Shown one piece after another: positions 40,389-52,214 of a stretch of DNA of 64,000 nt (its first letter is position 1; the number at the start of each line of letters is the position of its first letter). Both the position numbers and the translations under genes were made by a program. The notes under the pieces are model-generated. The model had not been told where the DNA came from and did not search any database. It saw only the letters and a list, made by a program, of their open reading frames with translations. Source of the stretch: the human T2T-CHM13v2.0 reference genome, Homo sapiens; assembly GCF_009914755.1 (NCBI RefSeq), contig NC_060928.1; one strand, given 5' to 3'.

Positions 40389-40894
40389 AAAATAATTATA
40401 ACACTGACAGACTCTTGATCTAAATATTTCTTAGTAGCTTACAGCCTCACACCTCATTATTATTTCACTGCCCCTTATTTTTCAATAATAAAATATGTCA
40501 ACATGAAGCATCTTTCTAACTCCATGTTTCCACACTCATGGCATTTTATTTATGTGGCCTGTTCAGTTCACCTGTTCAAACTCTACCACCACCTCTTCTC
40601 TTCAGTTACTACTTCAGGATAATGGCAATAGTGCAAAAGCAGTGGTGCTTACACTAAAATTAAACATTCTACTTTTAAGTGACCTGAAAATGAGCTGGTA
40701 TCAATAAAGGTTTATCTTAAGCTACAAACACTTACCAATGACTAAATCAAATCTTTCTTTAATGGCATACATAGAACCAAAAATTTCTTGATTAATATAT
40801 TTCTAAGTTTTATCCATGCCTCAAAATATTGATTCACTAATATTGATCATACAAGGTATCTATTGTATTATTTATTCTATAAGCTACAATGGTA

Positions 40895-41033
40895 GTTAAG
40901 ATTCAAAACTTGCAAAGCACTTAAAACAGTGCCTGGAATAGAATATGTATTCAAGTAATGTGAACTGCTATTATTAACATTATTATTAAAAATAACTATA
41001 ACACCGATGAACTCTTGATCTAAATATTTCTTA
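40895..41033 (+). repeat. Direct local copy of 40301-40433
   Basis: MIR 3' end plus shared flank 'ttattattaaaaataa(t/c)tataacac...actcttgatctaaatatttctta'. Confidence 0.88.
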
Positions 41034-42271
41034 TATAAATTGTTCATAGTTTATAGAGTAGGTCAATAATACAATAGATATTTTCCTTAACTCTTTCCAA
41101 GGTAATAGTCATGCTTCTGAGTTTAAGTTGCTCATGGCTAAAGATGAAAAATGCTTTAAAAATATTTTAAATATTAGTTTTATCCATACTACATTCATAG
41201 GCTCCAAAGATAAGTGCTTTGAAGAAGAAAATACCAACTTGACTGTGTAAATACTAATATAACTGTTTGAAGATAGTTTGTTAATTGCCTAATAGCCAAA
41301 CACCTTGAAAAAAATCAATTTTACCTTTAAATCATTTGCCACTTTTAAAGCATGCACACAAACACACCTGTACAAAGACATTCACCAGTATAAACACCAT
41401 ACACAACAATAAAATTATAAACTTCTTGAGAGTATTTGTTCTTCTTGTATCACTCTTGCCTAGTGGTAGGCTTGTAGCTACTTGTAATTACCCAAGAAAT
41501 GTGAAAGTTACTCAGTAAATATTCACCGAATAATGAATGGTCAGGAGATTGAAAGAAGAATGAGGGTACATTACTAAAAAGGATAATAAATTTGTGTTTT
41601 GGATCTCTGTTTTTATTCCACTGAAGTTATAGTACTGTTTTTCACTTGCTGATTCATTTCCTTCTTCTAAACGATGTCAAGACTTAGAATTTGCTAATGT
41701 TTTTAGGTAAAAAAGAGACTTTAAGACTATGTAGGAGATACCAGAGAGGTAAAATAACTTGCTCACATTCACACAACAAATAAGTATTCTTTAAGCAAGG
41801 AATAGAATCCTAGATTTCTTCTCCTTCATTTCTCCATTTTTAAAGGAGTTTCTTATATATTTGGGGACACGAGAACAAATATTTAAACATATTAGGGAAC
41901 ACTATAAAGCTATAGATAATAAAATATCAAGGAATAGATTACAATGTATATGCATAAAAAGATCTCAAAAAAGGGATACAAAATCAGAGTAAGGGGACTG
42001 GAAGAGGGCTCCATGGAAGAGGTGATAATTAGAAGGGACCTGTTAGGAAGGTTTAGAGGAATGATAACAAATGTTTAGGGAATGGATTGACCTTGGGAAA
42101 AAATGCAAGGTCTGAAATTGCAAGGACATATTAAAGACATAGTTAAGAGACTAACCTTGGATAAAGAAGGATGTCAACTTTTGATAATAGCCTAGTCCTA
42201 GGAAGACAAGCAAATACTAATTAGTTTATTCTTTTTTTATTTTAATTTTCTGCAGAATGGTATATTCAAAT

Positions 42272-42274
<3 letters not shown>

Positions 42275-42313
<39 letters not shown>
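42275..42313. repeat. (TA)n microsatellite
   Basis: Seen directly. Confidence 0.95.
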
Positions 42314-42317
<4 letters not shown>

Positions 42318-42329
42318 AAATTTTCCTCC

Positions 42330-44480
42330 CACATATGTCTCAATCTGCCTGGTACTTCCTTCTTCACCAGGAACAAAATCTTTTTGTTTCTGATATATTC
42401 CTCCAGAATGTTCTCATGTAAATAAAGAAAGCACAAATAATTGTTCTTGTTTCTCCTTCCTTTTACACAAAAGATGAATATTATATATAATTCTGCACCT
42501 TCCTATTGATGGTGACAGGAAGCAGCCAAATGCTTAGGCAGATAGGGACTAGTCCCCAGTGAAACCCCACCTCCAAGCCAAAGATAGCTTCAAGCCTGAA
42601 AGCCAAGCTACAAATTAGATCCTCGGCCTGGATTGAGAACTTGTCTTCCTGTTTGGCGCACTTTCCTCTGAATAGTACCCACCCTTCATCTGTTTTACAT
42701 ATACCTACCCTTTCCTAATTGGTTTACTACACTGTCATGCCCGCCTTTTGAGTGGCGTCTTTGCTTTAACCTTTTTTTGCATACTCGCAAACCAATCAGC
42801 ACACACTCCCCACTCTGAGTCCATAAAAGACTTCAGATCCAGCCACACGACGGAACTTTTCTGCCTTTGGGTAGGGGGACCACCCTGCATTCCCTCTCCA
42901 CTGAAAGCTGTTTCATCGCTCAATAAAATTATTTTCCGCCTTCCTCACCTTTCGATGTCCAGCATATCCTTATTCTTTTTGGGCTCAGTACAAGAGCTCG
43001 GGAACTGCCAAATGTGGGTACAAGCTATAACACAGGCGAGCTGGGGCACGGTAGCATGGCCAAGTGGGATCCAGGTGGGGTGTTATTGGCTGGAAGTGCC
43101 CGACTTGGAAAGGGATGGAGAAAAAAAATCCCACATCACTGTCATTTACTTAATAGTACTTTGGAGAACTTTCCGTATCCTTTCCTTCTATTTCTTCTAT
43201 ATAGTCAACGGTGTTTTCATTCTTAGTGTTTACCTTTGTGGTATAAAATGTCTTTACATTTCTTTTACATGATTTATTAGCTTTAAATGAGATCATTTGG
43301 ATCCTGGAAATTCAACAAATTTATGTTGCCTACCACCTTGATCTTCCCTCTCCCAATTCTTGCTACTTTTATTCTTTGGATAGTGTCTTTGTATAAAACA
43401 TGTATATCATACTAATACCTTAGCTTTTAGTTGTATGGTCAAATATATTAAATGCTCATTCCAGTCCTTTGGTTTATTTCTGCAATTATTGTTGGTAAGC
43501 TGAAATTTACTCTCTAGAATTTTCCTCAGAAGAGATCAGGAAAAAAATCTTTTCTGCATTCTTGCATGTTCAAAATCTTTGAAATCTTTTTGCTTAAAAG
43601 CTACCTGACTAGATATAAATCCCTAGATCATAATTTCTTTACTTGTTTATTTTATATATGTTGCTCTAATATAATCTCCACATTTCTCCCTAACTTCTTA
43701 GATAATCTTACTGCTTGGCTGCTAAGTGTTTTTGATTATTATGCTCTTGGTCTATTTCCTTTGATACACAGTATGCCTTTTCAATTTGTAAATTCAAGCT
43801 GTTCTTTTATTTTAGTAGAGTTTCCAAATATGGGCCTTTAAATATGTCTTGTTCAGGAAATCAGATAGTATCTTCTTAATCTTCTTTGCTTATCATCTAT
43901 ATCTATTTCCCCTTTAGTCGTTTATTTTCAGTATTTTAAAATTCATTTACTCATTTCCATTCTCTACAGCCTATGCAGTATTTTCAACTGTGTCAGTGCT
44001 TCCTCACGCTCCTTTGAATATTATTATTTCTGCTACCATTGCATATTCTTCAACTTCTTTCATGAGTTCTGCCTGCCCACCTGCTCATATTTTGACTAAT
44101 CCTGTTTTCACATCTCTTTCCTGAATTCTCCCTATTTTAAATTTCTTTTTAGAGGAAATTGCATCATTTTAATTTTGAAACAAATAATGCTTTTCATCTC
44201 CTCCCTAGCTATATTTTTCTGGTAAGTATTCATCTGTTGGTAAATTTGAGGTACATTAAACGTCTCTGAGATTCTTCTCTATAATTCCTCTTGCATTTTT
44301 TTTGCCTGAACTCAGTTGTTTTGGTAGCCCCCATATGTAATTTGCAGTTTGTAGGCTATATATATATGTTTAGTTTTCTTTAAAATGTAGTTTTCTGATT
44401 TTCTTTCTTTCTTCTAGTTGATTATTTTTATGAATTCCAGAAGGAGAAGAGGAAAGAAACTGTCTCATACAGTCATGTTC
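42330..44480 (-). mobile_element. Old L1ME/HAL1-like fragments hosting an LTR
   Basis: T-rich. 'ttttacacaaaagatgaatattatatataattctgcacctt' resumes after the LTR as 'tttacttaatagtactttggagaactttcc'. Confidence 0.45.
42507..43138 (+). mobile_element. ERV1 solo LTR (LTR27-like)
   Basis: TG...CA termini, 'aaaccaatcagc' CCAAT box, 'ccataaaag', 'aataaaatt'. 4-bp TSD ctat/ctgt. Confidence 0.8.
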
Positions 44481-46849
44481 TTGCTTGTTGTCTCAAATTT
44501 TGATTTCTCTCTTATTATTTCTGAGTTCTGACATGAAAATGAAATGGCTGTCCAGTTGAGCTTATTAGAATGGAAAGTAAATTATAATAGAAGTATAAAT
44601 TCAGTATTATGAAAAACTATGGGAATAATGTATTCATTATGCTATATAATCTTAGAGTAGGAGACTGTCTATGTAGAGGATATTTTAAGTGCTGTTTTTC
44701 ATATTGTAAGCAGAACAGTTAGGCTAGAGAATAACGGAACAATGTAGATATCTCAGAAGTTCAAATTTTTAGTAAATTTTTCTTAATAAGAATGGTGAAA
44801 ATGATTAATTGCTAGCTCTGATTCACAAAGCAGCCCAGAGGACCAAAATAGCCAATTTTATTATTTCGATGATTGTTTACACGGATGAAACCTCTGTGTG
44901 AATTCCAGTTGTTGACCATATGTGCAGTGATCTTTATAAACAAAATACTTTTCTTCATGGCTACTTAAAAATATGTAAAACATATGCAACCAAGATCTTT
45001 TTTGTCAGTGGGAAGGACTATCAACACCAGTTATCTTTCAGTGTTTTTCTTTTAAAAAGTGAGATTATGGCATTAAGTACAGGAGAGGCAAAAGCCATGA
45101 AATTTGCTGCTCCATGAAGCTCCTGACTTGTTTGTGCACAATAGACATCTGCTACATGGTTGGAATACCAGTCAACCACAGAGTCACTATTTTTTAATTA
45201 GCAAGAGATCCAACTACTGGAGTTGGAAAATATTTGGTAGATCCAAATATAAGAATGCTCAAAGTTCAACCAGAAAAAGAAAAGGACTCTGTAATTTCAT
45301 ACAGCATCACTTTCTTTCTTTTTCATTGTATTATACCTGCCTTGATGTTGAGATCCTTCTTACACATGGTTTTAATTTAAATTAAATAGATTAACCCAAA
45401 TAGCCAAGTAGTTACATTCGTTTGTTTCCTTAGCCTGTCTCTATTTAGTGAGAAAATAAAGCTTAAAAAGGATGGTTAAAGAGAACTTTGGAGGAAAAAG
45501 GATACCAGATATCATAGTTTTTCAAAAGCCATACTGTTTGTTTCAATTGGCTTCAATTAATTAATGTAACTTTCCTAAGAGAAAATCTGCTAAATATCCT
45601 GAAATCAAGTGAAAACCACATGTGTGAAAGAGGTAAATCACACTAAATGACACTGGAATGTGGGAGAGTGGGAAGTTCTCATTTAGAAAGCCTGAAAGAT
45701 CATGAAAAAACATGGAGAAATTATTACAAAATTGCGTGTTTATGAAGGGAGTTTTCCTGGAGAAAGAGGAAGAGTATTAAATAGTCTTATTTATAGGAGA
45801 CATATGCCTAGGACAGTTTGTGGTTATTTTTCTTAATGTAATTCATCTGATATGACAGTTGCAAACAGCACTTTTGTATTAAGCCAGGGTTATTTATTTC
45901 ATTACTATTAAGTTTGGGGGAACAAGCATGAAAAGGAGACTTTTCTCCTTATCAACTTAACACATACATCATACATAAACATCTAATTATTACCTGTTTT
46001 AAAGAACTGATGCTGGGCAGTACATTGGAGGAAGAAAAATATTTCTTATTTTTATACGGAAGGCTGAAGCTGAAAATCCTGTATATAGTATTCTGTTACA
46101 CTAAAAATATACAAAGTTTGCAATTATCTGCCTTATAGCCCCAGCATCCCGCAAGCTTCTCTTTAAATATGTATAATATCACCAAGAAAAAAGTATAAAT
46201 TTTAAAAAATAATGAACACCAATTAAGATGATAAGTGCTTGGACCTAGCTGAGGTCTTCACTAACTACTGGGCAGATGGAACCAGGATAAGAATGTATAT
46301 ATGTATGCACGTATGTGTCTTGATCTCATGGCACCTCTGGATATTGTCACATGTAGTAGAGAATTAGAGAAGATAGAAAGACTCTGTATCTCTAGCACAG
46401 CCTACTCCCAATTGGATAAAAGGCCTAGGGTAACCTTTCCTTAGTAAGTAGGTGCTACTTACTGAGGAGGTCAGAATCCTGGTTTCTGCAGTCGACTATC
46501 CCTATCTCCAGCCTCTTCTGTAATGATTTTACATTCATACAGAAGTAGTAACCCCAAGCAAACAATTGGACAGAAAGGAAATGACATAGCAATGGGGTTG
46601 TGTAAACTTGACAGTCTTATAGTGAGAAGGTAAGAAGATTATTAGTTGTTAAATTGCTGGGAATATTATTTTTTTCATTTTTCCAAAAATCAGAATAGCA
46701 GAGAAACAGTTTGTGAGAAGACAGCATGTCTATATGGCAGACTTCTTTTCCCTAAACTAGAGATTACATTAGAATTATGAACATTGATCTGTTCTTTTGT
46801 TGTTGATCTGAGAAGGTTGCCTTTCAACTAAGTCAAAACAGGATTTAGT

Positions 46850-47060
46850 ACATTCCAGGTATCATCCTAAGCTCTTTATATAAATTAACTCATTTAATTT
46901 TTCTAGAAAATGTATGAAGGAGGTACTGTTATAACCTAAACTTTACAAATGAGGAAAATGGAACATAGAAAAGTCAAGTTCACAGTGTTAGTATATGATA
47001 AAATTGGGATTTGAACCCAGGCAGTCTGGCTCCAGTGTCTGAACTCCCAATTATCATTCA
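46850..47060 (-). mobile_element. MIR
   Basis: 'tttacaaatgaggaaaatgga...gggatttgaacccaggcagtctggctccag'. Confidence 0.85.
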
Positions 47061-47689
47061 GTAGAGAAAGACAGCAGAGCCCAGTGTGTCCTGCCCCAGA
47101 CCCTACCTCAGATATTCACCACTTCAAACTTTGTACAGATAAAAATATCACCAGAATCAATTTTAAAATATGACAGAACACTAGAAAAAATGTTTTGATG
47201 AACGGGGGAAATAAGCTACCTCTAAAAACTGTCTCCAGTGAAATCCAGAAATAATGTCAAGAAATTATAGAATCTTTAATATTGTGTCAGAAGAGACCAG
47301 AAAACCTAAAACATAGTAGTAGAAGAGACAAAAAAGAGAAAAGATAGTAGACTTGGGTGAAAGGGTGGTAGGAGATTAAAAAGAAGTTCAAGAAAAACTA
47401 ACAATGTCAGATTGAAAATTCACCATGTACTACTGTATATTGAAAGTATATACATTTTAACCAATAATTAGTAGGAAAAATTTGAGTGAGTTTGCAAAGA
47501 AGGGAGTTGAAAGTCAATACTTCTGGAGAAAATATTTAGACCAAATAAAAAAAAAAGCAATAGATCAAAGATACATATTAGAGATTGTTTTCTAGGATGT
47601 AAAAATATGAATACTAAAATGGCTCTATAGGTTCCCGACAAAATAAATTAAAAGAGATTTATGTTACCTTCTTAAAATAAAGGTAAAAT

Positions 47690-49200
47690 GTATCTGTCTT
47701 TTCTGTGATCTGAAATAAGTACTCAGTGGAATTATCAGTTTCTCATAGGTTTGATAGAGCTCATCCATAAAACATCTGGGCCCTGAACCTATATGATGGT
47801 AGTTTTTTTGACAGTATTTTCCATTTATTTTAATGGTTTGGGAAGCCTACCCATATTCAATGTTGGTCATTTACATACTCTAGAGAAACATTAAAGTAGT
47901 CTAAATTTTCAAGTTTTATAGCTTAGTTATATATTTTAATATATTTTTGAAGTAGTTTCTCCATATACATGGTTATATAGCCTGTATTTGCATTTGCTAG
48001 CTATTCCAGAGTCTTGTTTATGTCATAGAACTTTTCAAAAAAACAGCTCAAATATAAGGAGCAATTCCACTGTATTTCTGTTTTCTTGTCAGTTAGCTTC
48101 TCCTCTTCTTTTTATTGTTTTCTTATGTGCTTCTTAAGCTTGGCTTTTGTTGGGTGTGGTGCATTTACTAATTTCTTTAGCTGAATATTCAATTTGTTTT
48201 CATTCTTTCTTTGTTAATAGGAAGAGCATTTAAGGCTACAGTGTTTTTTCCTTTTGGCTGCATTCCATAACTTGCAGGGCAGTTACAGTATCTAAATAGT
48301 CTATAATTGCACTTTACATTTTTCAGTGATACAAGAGTCACTTAAGAGAGTACTATTAAATTTCTGAATGAATAAGTATTACAGTTGCTTGTTTTTCTTT
48401 TTATTCTTGCTAGTATTACCTGATTTTATTTCATTTCAAAGGGGAATATAACTTGTACAATTGATATTTCCAGATTTTTGAAAGATATTCTTTCTGGCCG
48501 AATGTATCATCAATTCTAGGAGTACCGTAAGAATTGAAGAAAGTGTTTTCTTTGTGGGTGTCAGTGTATAATATATGAGGCAATTAAATAAATTTTATTT
48601 ATTGTATTATTAATTTTCCATGTATCCTGTGTATCAAATATCCTTGGCTACAGCTGAACAAAATTAGTTTCATTTTCTGATTTCTCTAATCTTTTGCAAC
48701 CTGGTTGAGAATGAACAAAGTGAGCATTCTGGACATGCAGCTTCATAAATTAAAAATCAATTTGTTGGGAGAATGTATACAAGAATATGTAATCTATAAA
48801 TATTTATATTCAAACACATATATGCATGTGTGTATATGTCTATGAACATGTATATATATGTTCATGTTTTGAACAATTATATCATAGGCTTATTAAAATT
48901 TTCTTTAATCTAATTAGATAGAATCAAATATATATTGAAAAATGTATCAACATCCTGTCATATTAGGGCTTTCAATGCAAATTTTACTCTGATATTAATA
49001 TTGCATCCTGTGATTTACTTTTTTCTGTTTTCTTAATATATTTATTACTATTAATATATTAATATATTTATTACTATTAATATATTAATATATTTATTTA
49101 TTTTTAACTGTTTAGGTTACGTTATCTGTTTGAAATCATATTTGAATAAATTTTCTCATTTATTTTTCTCTCTTAATAAGGGATTTTGTTCCATTTATAT
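47690..49200 (-). mobile_element. Ancient L1M ORF2 remnant
   Basis: 'ccataaaacatctgggccctg', 'ttttggctgcattccataac', 'tctgatattaatattgc'. Confidence 0.6.
49033..49097. repeat. Short AT-rich tandem repeat (26-bp unit, about 2.5 copies)
   Basis: 'ttaatatatttattactattaatata' repeated. Confidence 0.8.
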
Positions 49201-50007
49201 TTCTTTCTAAGACTTTTTCCAAAAAACATTTTTAATAGATAATAATGTTAATAGTGATGACAAATTAAAATGTTTCCCATGGACAAATAACTAAATACAT
49301 ACTACATACTACAGTAAATTCTTAGAAATTCAAATTTTATGTTAAAATATTAAAAGATCTAATGAATTTTGAATAAAGAAATATGTTTAAATCTTACCAA
49401 TTCAGCTGACAATCTGAGTTTTTATGATGAGGTACTTTGGGATAGAAAGTTACTTGTAATTAATTATGCTTTAAAATAATACTCAGTTTATACCAACTAA
49501 TTTTTTTTAACTCTGAATTTTTGCATCAAGTTAAACTTACAAATCTTGCTACAATACTTATTGATCTTATTAAATAATAATAGTCACAATCATTTTTTAA
49601 AAACGATATTATACTAAATCAAATTGAACAGAATAAACTCTTAAATCATCAGATAGAGTTACAAACTTAAACTCCATATACATTTTAAACTGCATTTAAA
49701 AATTTTATTATATTCAAAATTATTTTAAATTTTCTAGATATTTCAAACAATGAATTTATAGTACCAACATAGTCATAATTTTAAAGGTAACCTAAACATA
49801 AAGATAAATTAACCAAGTTAATTTATCTTAATTATTCTAATATAGTTTGCAAATAGTCAACATTTTGTATATTTTTGCTCAAAAATCACAAGATAAATAT
49901 GCCAGAATTTCAAATATTAAAATGATGGTAAATAAACAAAATTATTCTTAAACATATAGCAAAAGTAAGAACATTATGACTTTAACTTCATCAACCCTAT
50001 GGTTACT

Positions 50008-50745
50008 TTTTAAAAAATAATTAATAGACTTCATTTCATAGAGCAGTTTTATGTTTACAGAATAATTGATAAGAAGCTAAGAGAGCTCCCCACACCCCCT
50101 CTCTTCCTGCCAGCCCACCAGCACATAGTTTTCCCTATTATTAATAATATATTGTATTGAAGTGACATAGTTGTTACACTTGATGAATGTATACTGATAC
50201 ATTAATAATAACTAAAGTCCATAGTTTACATTAGGATTCACTCTTTGTTTCGTACAGTTTTAATAAACGCAGACTCTCATGTATCCACCCTTATAGTATT
50301 GCACAGAATATTTTCACTCCCCTAAAAATCCTCCTTTCTCCATTTATCCCTCGCCCAACCTCTCACCAATTCCTGACAAACACTGATCTTTTCACTTTCT
50401 CAATAGTATCCTTTTGCCCATTTTTAAAATTTGTCTAAATTTAAGGGGTACAGATGCAATTTTGTTACATAGATACATTGTAGAGTGGTGAAGTCTGGGC
50501 TTTTAATGTAACCATCTTCCAAATAATGTACATTGTTCCCGGTAGGTAATATCTCATCCCTCACCCTCCTCTTACCTTCCCACCCTTCCTTGTCTTTGCC
50601 CATTTTTATTTGGTTTGTTCATTATCTTACTGTTGAGTTGTATGAGTTCTTTGTGTATTTTGTATACAAGTTTCTTAATTATATATGTGTTTTGTAAATA
50701 TCTTCTCCCAGTCTGTGGCTCATCTTTTCCTTCTCTTAACACTTT
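50008..50745 (-). mobile_element. L1MC/MD-type 3' end
   Basis: 'gagcagttttatgtttacagaa', 'taactaaagtccatagtttacattagg', 'ttctcccagtctgtggct'. Confidence 0.8.
50426..50594 (-). mobile_element. Short 5'-truncated L1MA 3' end
   Basis: 'aggggtacagatgcaattttgttacatagatacattgtagagtggtgaagtctgggctttt'. 13-bp TSD tttgcccattttt at 50413-50425 and 50595-50607. Confidence 0.85.
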
Positions 50746-50904
50746 TTAAAAATTTTGCTAAGATTGGCAGTCACTTAACTGCCAAGAGGTGCTGATTTAT
50801 CATCTCAAGTTAGTTGGCATTACTAAATTGAAAAATCAAGACACTGTTTTTATATGGAAAGGTAATGGTTGTGGCGTTATGTTAGTATTCGTAATAGTGG
50901 TGAA

Positions 50905-51075
50905 AATAGTACCAATAATAAAAGTAATTAACAATTTTTGTGTTGTTCTAGGTCCTGTGTTAAGTGCTTCACATGTATCATCTCATTGACTTCTTACAGA
51001 AATTTTCTCTAGTGGTAACTACTATTATTCTTAGTTAACAAGTGGCAGCATTACAGCATGGGAAGATTCTGAACT
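50905..51075 (-). mobile_element. MIR
   Basis: 'ctaggtcctgtgttaagtgcttcacatgtatcatctcatt'. Confidence 0.65.
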
Positions 51076-51942
51076 TTTTCTAGGAACATAAAGCTTTTGG
51101 ATTCTGTAATATTAATTATCTAGGGAAGAGCTGAGTACCTCCTACCCAAATGGGAGCCAAGCCAAAGGCCCTCAATAGAAAGAAAGGCAATTTTTTTTCC
51201 TTTGTATGAACTTTAAATAAAAAGTCAAGGTGTTTATTCCTGACTGGGGGGTGTTTAAGTGATGGCTATTAGAGAGAAGGAGAACAGAAAGTGAGGCAGT
51301 GAAGCTAGATGTACTAAAGAACATAGCTTGGAATTCTCAGAGATACAGCTATGGAAGATGCCAAACCTCTTTGTGTGTGGTGTGTGTTTATTCAGTTTTT
51401 TAAAATTGTCTTTGAAGTTTCTTTGAAAGTCTGCCTGTTTCAACTGTACCAAGAGAATCAAGGCACTTTTATTAAAGTACTTAAAGGAAAGAGCTATGAT
51501 TTCTCAATTCAAAGCACATTTTGGAAATCAGTATGTATCTTGCAATGGGAATTAAGTTATAAAATAGTTGACATTTTATCTAACAGCTTAACCCTATAAT
51601 AGATGGTATCTGTTCATATAATTTACGTGACAATCACCTCTGTGGATTTAGTTGTAATTGGCAGCATCCAACAGGATTGAGTGTTAATTTACTATATGTT
51701 CTCAATTCAAAATCACCACTGATGGTGAAGATAGCCATGAAGAGTGGTCAGGGCCTTGCATAAAAAGAAATAAATCCTTTTCCCTACTCCCACCAGCAAG
51801 GACAGAACCATGAGGAATACTCATACTAGATTTAAAAAGGTGCTCCAGCTGCCTTCCAGAACTTCAGTCAAAGTTATTTGGTTTACTGCTCCATTCCCCA
51901 TAACTTTAATTTTGAAATGTACCACTGATTTAATAGCTCCCC

Positions 51943-52212
51943 AAAGAAGAAGAAGAAGAAGAAGAAGGGGAAGGGGAAGGGGAAGGGGAAGAAAGAAGAA
52001 GAAGAAGAAGAAGAAGAAGAAGAAAAAGAAGAAGAAGAAGAAGAAGAAGAAGAAGAAGAAGAAGAAGAAGAAGAAGAAGAAAGAAGGAGGAAGAGGAGGA
52101 GGAAGGGGAAAGGTAAGGGGATGGGGGAGGGGAGGGGGAGGGTGAAGGGGGAGGAGGAGGGGGGAAGAGTTGGAGGAGGAGCAGAAAGGGAAGAAAGAGA
52201 AGAAAGAAGAGG
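51943..52212. repeat. Polypurine tract with (GAA)10 AAA (GAA)18 core
   Basis: Counted directly: GAA x10 at 51995-52024 and GAA x18 at 52028-52081, flanked by GGGGAA- and GGA-rich sequence. Confidence 0.95.
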
Positions 52213-52214
52213 AC

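Noticed and set aside
42748-43272. 174-aa ORF
   Set aside because: Spans an LTR and adjacent old LINE sequence, with no recognisable domain
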